Program-made: the position numbers and the translations under genes
The notes under the pieces: generated by a model
Told to the model about the DNA's origin: nothing
Seen by the model: only the letters and a program-made list of their open reading frames with translations
Database searches by the model: none
From: Girardia tigrina
Taxonomy: Eukaryota
Direction: 5' to 3'
Assembly (NCBI GenBank): GCA_001938485.1
Contig: MQRK01193516.1
Coordinates: forward strand, 1-61,373
Length of the DNA stretch: 61,373 nt
Shown: positions 13,401 to 28,400 of the stretch, in pieces
Position numbering within the stretch: position 1 is the first letter of the stretch
Layout: the number at the start of each line of letters is the position of its first letter

Positions 13401-16400
13401 GTAAAGTCATGGTTTCCCCCCTTCAGATTTATTCTGATTTATTCGTCATGTAATAAGTCAAAGTATGCATTTTGTAGGGTATCTACATCAGCTATGTACC
13501 GGCACCGTTTGAATGATTACACAACAAGTCAACGAACGTAGGTGTTACTTTATCATAGCATAAAATCACTGGTAAAGTCAAATCAACATGAAATGACGTA
13601 ATAATATTTCTAAACCGGAAACTGACGTCATGGACTCCGAATAAACTGTGTTCTTTAGTTAACCTTACCTTAACGTCGGGTTATTTCCGCGATGCATTTT
13701 TCATTTTGTGACACCCTCTGAGATTGTGTCACCCGGTGCGGTCCGCACTCTCCCACACCCGCCTAGTGACGCTACTGTTTATATGTAAGAATATTAGTAA
13801 ACAAATTAATAATAAATCATTGTTTCATTTGTATACTTCAAAAAAATGTAAATAGTGGGAAAAAATCTAATATTAAGATATATAATTTTAAATGCAACCC
13901 CGGAGTTATGATGATTTTCCAAAGTATCCAATAAGATCATTTGGGTTGACCATTCCTGATATATAAAAGATGAAATGGAAAACGAAAATTCAAATGATAA
14001 TGATGATAGTGAAGAAACTGAAAAAGTCGATATTTCAGATGTTTTGTTATCGATTGAAAAGTTTAAAAGGTTTTGTGCAAAAGCAATCTAATAATATGAA
14101 AATGTTAATAATATTGATGAATTTATTGTTATTCATTGGATATGATATTAAAAACAGGATTTTGTAAACAGTTTTCTGTGCAATTTTGGTATTTAAAAAA
14201 TCAAGGGATCAGTTCATTTGGGCGATGCCATTTGGGTGCCGTGATAAAATGTAATAAACTAATACTTTTATTTGTAATCAAGTACTTTAATAAATGTAAT
14301 GTATTATGTCATACAATTTAATATTTATCAAACATTTTATGAAATGAATAAAAAGTAACATTATAGAATATTTAAGAGGTTTGGGAGAAATATTTGGTGT
14401 GTTTATGTTTTGTGTAGTGTTTGCATGTTTAAATGTTGTGTGGTGATTGTGCCTCTCCTAATCAGATGAATGATTAATATTTTAATTCTTATAATCTGAA
14501 ACTAATTTATTTAAATTTAGATTTAATATTCAAATTTTTAATATTTATTATTGCAACTTTTAAATAATTTTATTGATTTTATTTTTGTAAATAATTAAAA
14601 TCAAATTAATGAATAAAAAAATTATAAAAAGTAATTTTATTTTAGCCAATAAAATTTAAATCAAATAATTTTCTTCAAGTTAGTTCAGATTGTAATGAGA
14701 AGTATTAAACATTGAGTGATGGATTTAAGTGAAAGCAATACTATTGATTACCATAGAGATGATTAAAAATGTGAATGTAATAAATGTTCTGTCAAATGTG
14801 TGAGTTCTCTTAACAAGGTTTATCACAAAACTTTTTGATGTAAAGAAAGTTGTGTTTATTTCCTACATAAACTGGTATTGTGTATATAATACAATAACAG
14901 TTGTGTGTGAAACCTTGATAAATTTTTATAAAAATAATTTTTTTGCATGTTACTTGCTTTTACTTTAATGGTATTTTAAATTTTCCTTATTACATTTATT
15001 ACATTTTTATATTTAATAAAATAATCGATTAAAGTAAAATTATAACTTTAATCAATTGAATAAAATATTTGATTTAAACAAATTTATTACTTTATTACAT
15101 TTAATTAAATATTTTATGACATTTATACATTGCATTTATTAAAATACTTGATTAAAAATAAAAGTATTACTTTATGTAAAAGTACATCTTTATTTTTTTA
15201 TTAGTGTATGTTTTTTTGTGACTGCATATGTGAATGTGTATTATTATTATTATTATTATTATTTATGATGATTTTGTGTCTTTCAAAAGAAGAAATAAAG
15301 AAAAGGAAAAGATGATAAAAGATTCAAAAGAAAATAAAATAAAAGACAAGAAAATAAAATTAAAAATACAGAAATTATATTTATACCCCTCGCCTAATTA
15401 AATAATTAAATAATTATCGCCATATTAATATGAAGATTTGAAAAGATTTAATATTTTTAATGTTTTTAAATATCTTATGCTGTACTTTAAAATATAAATT
15501 ATACTCGAATAATAATTTATCGTGAACATCTAAAATATCAATTTTCCATCTGGGTGGGAGAAACACATTTCCAAATACTAAACTCAACATACAAAATTCA
15601 ACAAACCAATTTCAACATACCAAATTTAAAATATTCCTCACAATTATAATTATAATAATAATTAAAATTGATTACAAAAAATCAATGAAAAATTATTAGA
15701 TGTAATTACCGAGGAAATTAATTTGAATACAAATCCAAAACGAAAACGTCCAACTGCAATTATATATCAATAATGGATTTCACTTTTCTTTTGCGAAACG
15801 AAATTATCTATCCAACATCCATCAATTATTACAAGAATATTCTACTGATCTTTCCAAAAGAAAACATTACATTCGTGATTGTCTATTTTGTTCAAAGCCG
15901 AAAGGAAAAATTCAAAGAACTACAGAAGTAACTTAATTAATCATCCGTTTCTTATTATACTTTTTTGTGTGATCAAATTATCTACTTTCAATTTTAACTC
16001 CTTCTGTTATTGTTGTTATGGTTTATAATTTACTATCATTATAAGACAAATAATCTTATTACTACTCATCTACTCATTACTCATACAATAATTTTTAGTC
16101 AGTCAAATATTTAACACTTTAATACATTTTATTGCGGCGCCCAATTGAACATTTTATCATGGTACCCAAATGAACGGCGCCAGAATGATGCGCAGCCTAA
16201 AATCAAGGTCTCACTGTAGTAAAAAATAATTAGTTTTCTTATATAATTTATAAATCGCAAGATATCTTTACTTGTTTCCAATCCCACGTTGAAACACCTT
16301 CAGAACAAACGATAATCACTAATTTACTCTGTCCAGATGTCACATTATCAAAGGCTATTCTGTGAATCTTTCCTTGATTCACTTGTAACGTTACTGATGT

Positions 16401-19400
16401 CATTGTCTTGAAATTCCAAAAGAGAGCACTTCCGTCATAATCACCAATGATAACCACGTTATTCCTATAGGCCATGGCTGATATTTTATTAACTGGAGTC
16501 TGTGTTGATGATTTCATGAAAAATAAACGTTTTAACAAATATGCGAACCTCAATAGGAACCTGGCGACCCTTTATGATAACACTACCTTCGACAATAATG
16601 TGTTGCATATAATTTCCGGAGTCTATACATAACATTTTCTCCTTCGTATAACTAACATATCGTTGCGTAAAAAATTAAATCAACAATAAAAACCTCTCAT
16701 CGCTTAAATTTCTTAATTGATTTTTATTTGCTCCAGTCGACCATTCCTGAAATATTTGTCAAATAAAAACATTGAAAATAAAATGCCAACCGCTATACTT
16801 ATATATCTGGTGGCAGGAGCTATTTCTCTGATTTTGATAAGAAGTCGACAATCCCAGATTTCGGTGGGACCTTCTTTGAGCAATATTAGGAAATACTGTT
16901 TTAAATTGCTAACTCGAATCATTTCAATAGAATTTTCAGGAATGTCATTTCTCAAATCAATTACTTTACCAATATCTAGGCGAACTGCGGATAAACTGTT
17001 TTTGACGCGGACAGACGCTGATCCTCCAGAACTACTGCCGTAAACGATAATGACTCCTCGCGAAGTTGGTGAAGTGGCCGCTTGAATCCATTCTATACCT
17101 CGAATGCTACAATGAATTACTTGAAACTCCCGTTCCAATTGACTTGTTAAAACATTCCACAACTAATATTTCATAATATACCATTGATAGATTATATACA
17201 TTAAAATACTTGCAAAAGACCTTTGGAATTCCCAACTGCAATTAGTGGATAATCAGAGTTGTTCATATTCACAGGATTTGCACGGATTGCTGTTGGATCA
17301 TTGAGTAATCCTTGGAAAAGAGAAACCATATTCATAGTTAACTTGCCCCATTTTTCTATTCGTCCTCTATATTGTAATAACTTAATTACCAAAGGGAAAA
17401 AGTCACACTAAAAATTTATGAGAAACTTTATCGAACAAAATCAAGTTGCCAATGTGATGGAAGATCGAGGGGTTTATATTTATAAGAATAAGAAATACGG
17501 TGATTTAAAAAGGCAAAATGCAAATTTTACAATTTTTACGCATATTTTTTAACAATGTTTTACGCTAAATGGAAAATACAAAACTATAAAAAACATATAT
17601 TGATAAAAAATTATAATATTTTTTATTCATTTTTCATTTCTTGTCTTCTTTTTGTATCAAAATATTTCCAATTCGTTTTATTACGAATGATTTGAGGTCT
17701 TCCTTTTTTGCATCTTCGGTTAACGGTTCAATAACAGGATTCAATTTCTTATTCAAATACAATACGTACCAGACATGCTGACGCTTCACAAAAGTACAAT
17801 AAGAGCACCATACATCGTATACGGACGCTAATTTCGAGAATGTAAACACAAAAATACCTGAAATACAGATTTTTAAGTTCATTTATGCTTTTAGCAGTAA
17901 AAAGAGTCTAATAGTTTATTTTTCTATCGACAAATTTATTTTCACAAGCCGAAAAACTATAAATTTGATATTGATGGGCTGTTAACTTAACAAAAGTTAA
18001 CTTCAAAATTATCGTTCAAATTGTTAAATTAGAGTAAAAAATATAAAATTAGCGTACAAATTTGCATTTTTTATTGTATTTTCCATTTAGTTTAAAAAAT
18101 TGTGAAAAATGTGCCTAAAATTGTAAAATTAGCGTATGAATTGTAGTACGCCCGATTTAAAAATACAGTAATTATAGTCCAAAATGGTACATATTCGACA
18201 GTGTGATGGTAAGGCATTAATGGAAAGCAAGAGACCAGAATCACAGGGTTTACTATTCATCATCGTTTACAATCTAAATCTGATACAGAATTAAGATAGA
18301 TTCTGTCGAATAACATGGATTTCTTTAAATTTAAAGTTGCATTGTTAATATTGTGAACAAAACTGTTGATAAAGTCAAACACTGATTTCAAAGGCAATCA
18401 GAAAACAAAGAAAATCTATAATCAACATTGTGAAAATGTCATTTTTATTTAAAGTTCAAAATTATTTAAGCTTTACCTTTTAAACATAAGAGATCTACTC
18501 CAAAAGAATCTCTTTCGAAAGGACATATACAGAAGACACATAATATTTTGGGATATTTTCAAAATGAAACAGGTTCAAAATAGCGAAGTTAAAAACAATA
18601 ATCAAATTTTCATTTGTCACTTACTTTTCCAATCTGTCGACTTTATGATTATTGGTCACAATTCGATACGACCCGATTACTGACTGACATTTCTCAGCCT
18701 CATGGAAAACAGAAAAATCCACCATAGGTGTAGTAATATTGTATAACATCACCGGCCATATCGTATCAAGAGGCGACTCAGTTTCGGGCATCTTTACGAA
18801 ATTTTGAGGAGATAATAAGTAAGAATTCTTTGCCGGATAAACCTCTAACAATACTGGAGAAATTTGTAGTTCCCATGTCTGTGGCATAATAAATTTATGT
18901 TAACAAAGTCCTGAAATATTCAGTTATAAAATATTGCCTGAATCTTCGTATCTGACATGATCAGAGATATTAGAGTTTCACTGGAAACCCCAACTGACAT
19001 ACTGTGAATGCGAACATTTCTGGTGAGCCTTGGCAAATCCGATTGACAGAGTAACTGATAATGACCAGCCTCTACCCATCCGCTAATCGCATTGTCAATG
19101 CTACAAGAATTCGTATTCAATCTTATATTCGGAATTGGAGAATCTGTTGTTTCATTGTCATCAATTTTTATACTGTTTGTAATCTCTTCATCTTCAGTGA
19201 CAATAACTGGACGTCTACCTCTTACCGTCACTATTCCGTTTTCATGAAGACAATACAGAAGATCATTTTGCCAACAACTGTATACCTGAAAACAAACCCA
19301 ATTTATTTATATAACAAACGATGACGAATCATAACATTTTAGGGATTAATTTTTCACTAAATACATGTTACCAGTACCACAGATGTAACATAACAGAGCT

Positions 19401-22400
19401 TATTAATTATGATTTGAATTACACCATACGTTGCGCATAAAATTGAATTTACTAGACCCCACTCATAGATGGGGAGAATCAATTCAATAAAAGAACTGCA
19501 TATTCTTTCTTTCGTTCTAGACAATCTCCTTCAAAATGTGTTTATATATATAATATAGATGGTTCATTCACAGGTGTTTCAGACTAGATAGGAAAGAGAA
19601 ATACTAGCTCAGTGCTGCCCAACCAGGCGATCGCGATCTACGAGTCGATCGCGACACGACTTTGGGTCAATCTTCTACTACAGACTGAAAATGAAAAAAA
19701 ATGTTTGTAAAAAAAAATTGTAAAAAAATTTTTTTTTGTAAACACAAATATTAAAAAAAAATTAAGCAATCACTATACTTTTCCGTTTTTTAGTTTGCTT
19801 TGCAAAAGTTTGTTCAAACGCTCTTCATCGAATTCATTTTGTCGTCCTGAATGAGGTGCATCCTTGAGGTCAAAATTGCCAATTTTAAATTTTGCGAACC
19901 AATCACGAGCGGTTCTATCAGCTATAGCACCTTCTCCGTATACAGTACAAAGCTCTCATATTATAACATAATGTAAAAACATAGTATGTATTTCTAACTT
20001 CCCAATCTCCCCTTAAACTACAACTATGACAACAAGTCGATCGCGACACATTTTTTAAGAAAAAAAAGTCGATCTTACGTACACAAAGGTTGGCCACCAC
20101 TGTACTAGCTTATTTATTTTTTGTTGTTGTTCACACTAATAATAAGCTGTTTTAACACATTGAATATATTTCATATGGCGGATACGTAATGTTTGTTTTA
20201 TTTTTTGTGTACAAAAAAGTGTTTATTATGTATTCTTAGCTACTATTTATTGATTGTTAAATGCATTTATTTTCATTACTTTGTTATTTTTCTATCGTCA
20301 GTAGTACGATGCGTTTTTGTATAAGATACATATACACATAGTAACTTAATGAATACTGAAAGTAATTCTTAATATTCTCAAGCCTGACCGTTAAGATATA
20401 ATACGAAAAATCATAAAATATCAAACGAAACCATATGAATAGAAAAAATATTCAAAACTTGAATCAATAACTAATATTTCCATAAAAAATACCTTAAGGA
20501 AATTCGGAGTACTTCTTTCAAGAGTAATACTGGCAACGGCTTGGAATATCATCAAGTCCATTATCAAAATTTCCCTCGGATAAACAATGATTATGTGATT
20601 TTGACAATACGAATGGTACAACAACTGGATGCAATTGGAATTATTCTGATTAGATGCATTCTGTAATTTCGACCTATGTAAATAATATTTATTTATTTAT
20701 TTTACATTCATGAAAGACATAAGATCCGAATTCGCAAATGCAAATAAATAACAATTTCAAAATAACACTGATAAAACACTTTGTGAAGTTTGATAAGTTA
20801 AGAGAAATAATAATAAACAACGGCTGTTCTACAAAATTGCAGTGGATGTAAAGAGAATGTTGTATACAAATATAATGAAATTCAATAATAAAAAGGAAAG
20901 AAAATGCATCAATTCAGATTTGAGCAACATATTCCTAGTTTATTTTGTACATTTTCATACCAACATGTGTTGGGAAATGGGTGCCATCTTGTTGGATTCA
21001 ATCTGAAATTGTCTGATCCTGCGCTTGAGAGAGATGATGGATTTTGCCTCTCGCTACCACAGAAAAAGACAGCCTTCAAGTAGCCTCAAAGGTTATCAAT
21101 GGTCAGAACATGACTTGATTTCTTTTTTTAAAAGGTACACATTCTGCAAAGAGATCTGTCCTTGCCATGGAATAATTTGTATTTTTTATCGTATATACAA
21201 TAATATTGTAAATATTTGTTCACGTATACAATTTTTATAAATTATTATTGTTTATATTGATATAAAATTAAATATATATTATATAATTAAAAAATCTACA
21301 TTTGAAAATATTAAACACTTATAAATTGTTGTTAATTTTGATAAATTTATTACATATATATAATATATTTTATATATAATATATTTTATAATATATATTT
21401 AATATATATTATAGCAAAATAAACAAGTTATAAAAATTCGAATTAAAAAACAACATGTATGTAGAAAATTCAATATTTGCACATATATTTAAAAAATACA
21501 TTACATTTATTATTTACATTATTACATTATTTATCACTATAAACAAAAATTATTTATGAAAATTGTATACATTATCAATATTTATAATTTCATTGTATAT
21601 ACAATAAAAATACAGGCGTCGACACGGCTGGTATTGAGAGAGCCTGCTCAAAATCACAAGCGAATTTCGAGTCGCTGAAGTGCAGCATTGCTAGAACATA
21701 GATCCAAATGTCCTCACATATCGTCTAATGAGTCTGCAAGGGATTCGTCACTTGTGGCGATACTTTGATTCAGACGGAAATAGATGGATGGTTCTCGAAG
21801 TGTTTCTCTTCGATTTCAAAAGCATGCCTGAGTCAATCTTCATATTATTTGAATGTTTTTCAAGACTTTTTAGCTGGATTTCTATGATTTTCTGCTGATA
21901 TTATTTTCCGTTGATTTTATTCCAAATATCAATTAGGACGCTTCGTGTTTCACAAAACATATCAAAAGTTCTAATTTAAATTGCGAAATAACTAGAACAT
22001 GACGAAAAAGTAGTTTATTTGCCTCTTAACAGTTGAAGAACTTACATTATTTTTCCGTGTATAAGAACCCCTTTTTTGTCAAAATTTAAGGAACATTTAA
22101 CGTGAATTTTCAAAAATTAGTAAATATTTGAAATATTTCTCCAACACAAAACATTTCAATTTATATTCTGGAATGAATTTTTTGGAATGTACTTTTTTGA
22201 ACTTTTTTTCCAAAAATGCACACCAAAAAATAAGAGGGATCTTATACACGGAAAAATACGGTAATAAATGCATTTTTCAATTTTTTCTTCAATTATACTG
22301 CTTTTTTACCAAAATTTTGTTTCTTGGTGCGTGAAAACCGCGAACATTCATTTTCGATGGAAACAGCGAATGAGTATCAGTTGGACCACCCTATATTAAT

Positions 22401-22439
22401 TTACCTTGTATTATGAAATGAGACAAAACTTTATATGAA

Positions 22440-22473
<34 letters not shown>

Positions 22474-25400
22474 NNNNNNNNNNNNNNNNNNNNNNNNNNN
22501 NNNNNNNNNNNNNNNNNNNNNNNTTTTGACGTAACACACTGTGACGTAATAGTCATCTTTCTATATAAACAATAACTTTCTAATTAAATACAGAACTGAA
22601 GATGCCACAAAAGTGGCGAAACATGTTTTCAAATAAAAATTTGTTTTTATATATATATCTTTAAATATATATATATATATCTCTAGAGTATTATTTCTAA
22701 AGATGTAAATTGTTTCTATTTTTAATTTTAAAATACATAAATGACAAAATTAATGTTTGAAAAGTAAAATAATTTGCCTATAACAGTAGGTACAAGGAAA
22801 ATTGGCAAGACATAATGACATTTAATGTACATACCCCTCTAATGTTGCGCTACCACCACCAAGATCCATTACTAACTTTGTTGTAGCCTTAAAAAACTGA
22901 GCAGATTTTGAAACAACCATTCTGTTGATAGAAATGGATTTATTGTCAGGAGGAGCTTCTCCTGAAGGAAAATCATTAATTTGAGATATATCTAAATTAC
23001 ACAAATACTTTTTTTAAAAAAATATATAATAAACTGATCTGACAAATTCGTGTCATACCACATAGTTATTAGGGTGAACCAAAAGTCTTTTCCTATTTTC
23101 TACGTCATTTTGTTCAATTGTTTCTCATTACCAAATAAAGATATTTTATATACATGTGTTATATGTTTTTAAACCTCTTGAATTGCTCTATCACAATAGA
23201 TATTACAACTTCTAATTAGTCGTTAATATAATTTTTATGGTCTTTTAGAAAAATCATGGAAAATTTTGAAATTCGTGTTCTTTTACGCCATTACTGGAAA
23301 CACAACTGCAGCAACAAAGAAGACATGCGAAGTTGAAAGCGATAATGTGGTCTCAAATCGTACTGCACAAAATTGGTTCAAAAGGTTCAATGAAGGCGAA
23401 ACTAACCTCGGAGACAATGCACGTTCAGGCCGACCTACCACCGTAGATTCCGGAGCAATTCGTGAAGCCGTCGATACAAATCCGTCAATAAGTACTCGCA
23501 GATTGTCGGCTGAACTTTATATTCTTCAAACATCCATTGTACGACACCTTCACGCTCTTGGCAAGGTCAGTAGACGATGTCAAGAAGTGCCTCATGAATT
23601 GACACAAATTCAAGCTGAAAAGAGTTTCAAAACTTGACAAAAATTGCTTGAAAATCCGCGCGATGACCGTTTCATCCATTGAATTGTAACTTGCAATGAA
23701 AAGTGGGTTTACTTCAGTAATCCAGACCAACAAAATCAATGGTTGATATTATACAATTTTGATATTATTACAATTTTTGATATTATACACTCAAACCTGT
23801 TTTTATACTGTCCTTCTTTATGCGATCTCATAATTTAACTATGAGTATGAGATCGCTCAAAACTATTCACACAAACTATATCGCATAAAAGCACATTTGA
23901 GTGTACAACAGACAGTTAATTGTCTGATTTCTTTGTATCAAATAAATAAATAAATAATGAAAGATACGTATACAATATATAATTATTTAAAATAAAATAA
24001 GAATAAGTATTACTTATTAAGATACTCCAAAATCAGAAGGGTGAACAAAATGAATTATATGTCATATAATGCATGCATTATGTTTGAGTTAGTAGGAACA
24101 ATCTAATATTAAAATAGCTAACAGACAGATCTGTGAATCTTTGGTTATTGCGAATAAGATGGAATCGACTCTCGTATGAAATAATCAAACGCGGATCTTC
24201 TTACACATTATGACGCGACTTGTGATCGTAGGAGATTGTGTAGGTAAATAAAAAGTTGAAAATACCAATATTTGTGTATCAAGGCGGAAAACTTTTTATT
24301 TAAATTTTCTTGTAATGGAAATTAGAATAGATAGTCAAGGACTGATCTCTTGGAATAAATCATTATGTGTCATATACATTAATTCTCCTTTTCTTCTGTG
24401 TAATTGTAATTTTGGAATCTTTACATCTCATATATATTCTAATTTGAGGAAAAGGTAATCTTGAAACAAAGTACGTTGTCTTTGATAAAGTTAGATATTG
24501 ATCACAAAATGTTTTTTCACAATCCAGCCAAAGACCTCTAAATTAAGTGCTCCTTCATTATCCCCAGCAACAAATGATTTTGATGCTTCTGTTTTATCTG
24601 CTGATTTTAATTCTTATTTAGTCTTTTACTTAAAAAGGGTTGAATTTAGTTTTTCATGAACTTCTTTTGATCAAAATAAATGAAGAAAAATTATATCTAC
24701 AGAAGGGACGTTGTCGAATCTATCTCTGAACGCGCCTCAACAAGTTATGAATCTCACCACCCGATTAACCGATAAAGAATTGGTTTTCGAATGATGACTG
24801 GGTTCGATTGAGATGTCCATTGAAGGGTTTTATTATGGTTATTATTATTGAGAGAACTAATTATTATTGGTAATAATCTTATGTATCTGTTTATGATTTT
24901 TGATGAAAAATTGGACATGTAATATCGTCATTGGTATTGGATTGTGTATAAGATAATTTCGAAATATTGTTGTTACTCATCAAATAATGTAAAACAGTAC
25001 ATAATTATATTTTAAATTATTTCCTTTCAATTTAGATAAATGATAGTTTCTATTAGTGAATGTTTCATGAATGAATTATTAACCATTCGTAACTCAATAT
25101 CTTAAATAAATATCTTAAAATATCTGTCAAATTCATCACCCTACCACCAACGCCACCTGTAGGTACTGATAAATCACCGATGTTGTATAGATCGGTGTGT
25201 AACATATATGCAACAGTGATGTAAAATGTGATATGTTAATAGTCAGAGATCCTGTAAGAGTTACAACGGTTTGTTACAGAAGTGTCACACCATGTTACGA
25301 ATGATTAAACAAAATTTATGTTAAAAGCTTTAAAATTAAACTAACGGATAACATGAAATAGTAGGACACCTACTATTTTAATAGTAGGTGGAAAAAAAAT

Positions 25401-28400
25401 TGAAAAGGCGCCCAATATTGGTTTACACCTACTATTTGTTGCTTTTGTTTTGAACTTGNNNNNNNNNNNNNNNNNNNNNNNNNNNNNNNNNNNNNNNNNN
25501 NNNNNNNNNNNNNNNNNNNNNNNNNNNNNNNNNNNNNNNNNNNNNNNNNNNNNNNNNNNNNNNNNNNNNNNNNNNNNNNNNNNNNNNNNNNNNNNNNNNN
25601 NNNNNNNNNNNNNNNNNNNNNNNNNNNNNNNNNNNNNNNNNNAACGATACACCTACTATTTGATTCCACCTACTATTTTAATAGTAGGTGGAAAATTTTT
25701 TGAAAACTTCATTACACCTACTATTTCATGTCCACCTACTATTTGATGTTATCCGTTAGTGGTAAAATAACAATAAAAATAAATATTTAAATCAAAAATT
25801 TGAAACATGAAAAAATATTGAACATATGCAACAAAATTAATAATAATAAATAATATACGAATATAATAATAATCATAAAAATATTAACCGGCAGCGCATA
25901 TAAAAAATTTTCTGCCATTTCCTTCCGGAGGTTTTGTTAAAGAAAAATCCGATACGAGCAATACGAAATTTTCTCCACGAACTGAAATCATGATAATTTT
26001 TAATATTTTCTTTTTTTATTTTGTAAACGTTTTTCTCATTTATTTATAATTTAAACAAATAATTTTTAAGATCCCAGTACGAATTTTGAGACAAAATTCA
26101 GAAATAAATAATTTAAGTTCTTATAAAAAGAGTATTTTTAAAAGTTATTCCATATTTTTAAATATCAAGTTGAGGAAAAAGTTTCTGGGAAAATTTTATT
26201 ATCGAAAAATCTTTTATTGTTTCTATTCAGCGAATTTAAAGATCAGTTCAAGATGTATTCACAAATTAAATAAATGACTTCTTTACCTCTACTTGACATT
26301 TAATTGAAAAATTCTTATTCTAGGTTTTGAACCAGTGATTTAGCCAAAGTTGGATTGCCTCGTCCATTTTAAAGTCGTTTCCACGAAGAACATTAGCGAA
26401 TCTGTAAAACAGGTAAATCTAAAAGGTCAGAACTTCAAGGCAGATAAATTTAAACCTCCAATTTATACTCTTCTAGTGCTTGTTTAGTGATTCGCGAGGG
26501 AAGTAGAGGCGGACAGTATCGAGTAATTGCTTGAGCAAATCGGTTCAATCATTAACTTAAAGCTCAGCAGTCATGGTTTCGTTATTTGTTAATTATTCAT
26601 ATTCTTTCTGTGCTAATAAATAGATCAAAGGAATTTTCGTTTCATCGACTCTCTATGACTCTTGACAAGGGAGCCAATAACTGGTCACATTCCTTTACGA
26701 ATGAGGTAATAAGGATCACAAATTAATGACACAGGTATTGTGAGGGATTCATGTGAAAAGCTCATTCCTTTAAATTTTTGAATAAATAATATTTATAAAT
26801 AATATTTGAAATAAGTAAATATTTAAAATCAAAAGTTGTCTAAACATTTATAATTTAAAAATATATCGTAATTAATTTTAAAAAGTTAGTTTCAAGAATA
26901 ATCGAATTTTATTTGAAGAGTAAAAAAAACTTAAAATGAAATTAATTGGGAAATAATCAATTTTTAAATAATTGATTAAAAATATATATATATAAATACA
27001 AGGATAAAATAGGTTGTAATAATTTTAAAAATTATTCTAAATAGTATTGTAAAAAAAAATTTAATTAAGACTTTTATCATTAACGCATCGTAATAATAAT
27101 AAAATTTGTAAATTACTATAAAATACTCCAAATTATTTTTTGGTATTTAAATTGTATGGTATTTAAAATAATTGTAGATAAAAATGCTTTTAAATATTAA
27201 TTATAAAATTCGTAAATATTGAAAAAAAATAAAACGTTAAAATCTTTATTAATTAGAAATGTTTCCCAAAAAAAAGAAATAACATTAAACTAATTCTAAA
27301 ATAATAAAAAATCATTAAGGTTAATTTAGTAAAAATATGACAACAAAATTCTACCGGTTTTGATGCCGGGTTTTTGATCAATGTTTACAAAAATAAGAAA
27401 CTCATAAATTATTCGATTATAAAAAAACAAATGATGTTAAAATATGTTCTGAAAAATGATGCTTTTACAGATGCAGTTATACAGGAATTACTATGAATTC
27501 ACCAAAGAGAAAGAATAATACAGAGTGTAATTTTTTATATCCATCCTACCGAGACACATTTAACAATCTGCAAAGTGTGTCAGGCCTATATTGCTTGTGG
27601 ACAATCAGAATACATGGAAAAGAAATTTGGTATTTCTTCAATGATAACGCATCTTAGCTTTCAACATTTAAAAGAGCTTGCTAGCCTCCAGGAAAATAAA
27701 CAAGAGTGCCACTTACATTCATCTACTACTACTAATAACAAAAAAACATACCACAGTTTAATAAACTCTGGAACAGTGTTTAGTCCGTACACAGCGTTGG
27801 CATGTCGATCATCCATCAGCTATCAAAATCAACAAGGCTATTAGACGAATGCTTGCCATAGATTTGCAGTCCATTCAACTTGTAAAGAATACTGGTTTTG
27901 TGGAACTTATGCCCAGGTTTCAAATTCCATTGATAAATATCACAGAACTACCTGATTTGTTTGAAAAAGTGAAGATGAAGATTTTGAAGATCCTTTTCTC
28001 AGGCGGCAATCAAACAAAAATACAGGCTTCCTACAATGATATCTATGACACGTATTTACCTTGCTCCACCTGCTACAAGCGATTTGTTTAGATGTAATGC
28101 GTTTCTTACCATAATTATATTTCATGTATCGTATTGTGTTTAATTATCGTTTAATTTAATATTCAACTTTACTTCAATTTTTGCAAATCCGGTACCGGCT
28201 CCGACCGGATTTGACATAAATTCTGACTCTGGTACGGCACCAGCCGGATTTCAAAAAAGGAAACCGGTACATCCCTAATCGTAACATATTTGTATAATCA
28301 TCGTATTTAAAACTGGTAAATGTAAACATTGGACTGGGACAATCAATGACTTATATCATCCAATTTAATTAAAATGGAATTCTTAAAAGAAACAATAAGT

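Larger units (their letters stand above)
14205..16197. mobile_element. MULE/foldback-type element carrying two LTR insertions
   Basis: ATTTGGG and CCCAAAT subterminal repeats, inverted arms at 14252-14328 and 15102-15175, 9-bp TSD AAAAATCAA/TAAAATCAA. Confidence 0.55.
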
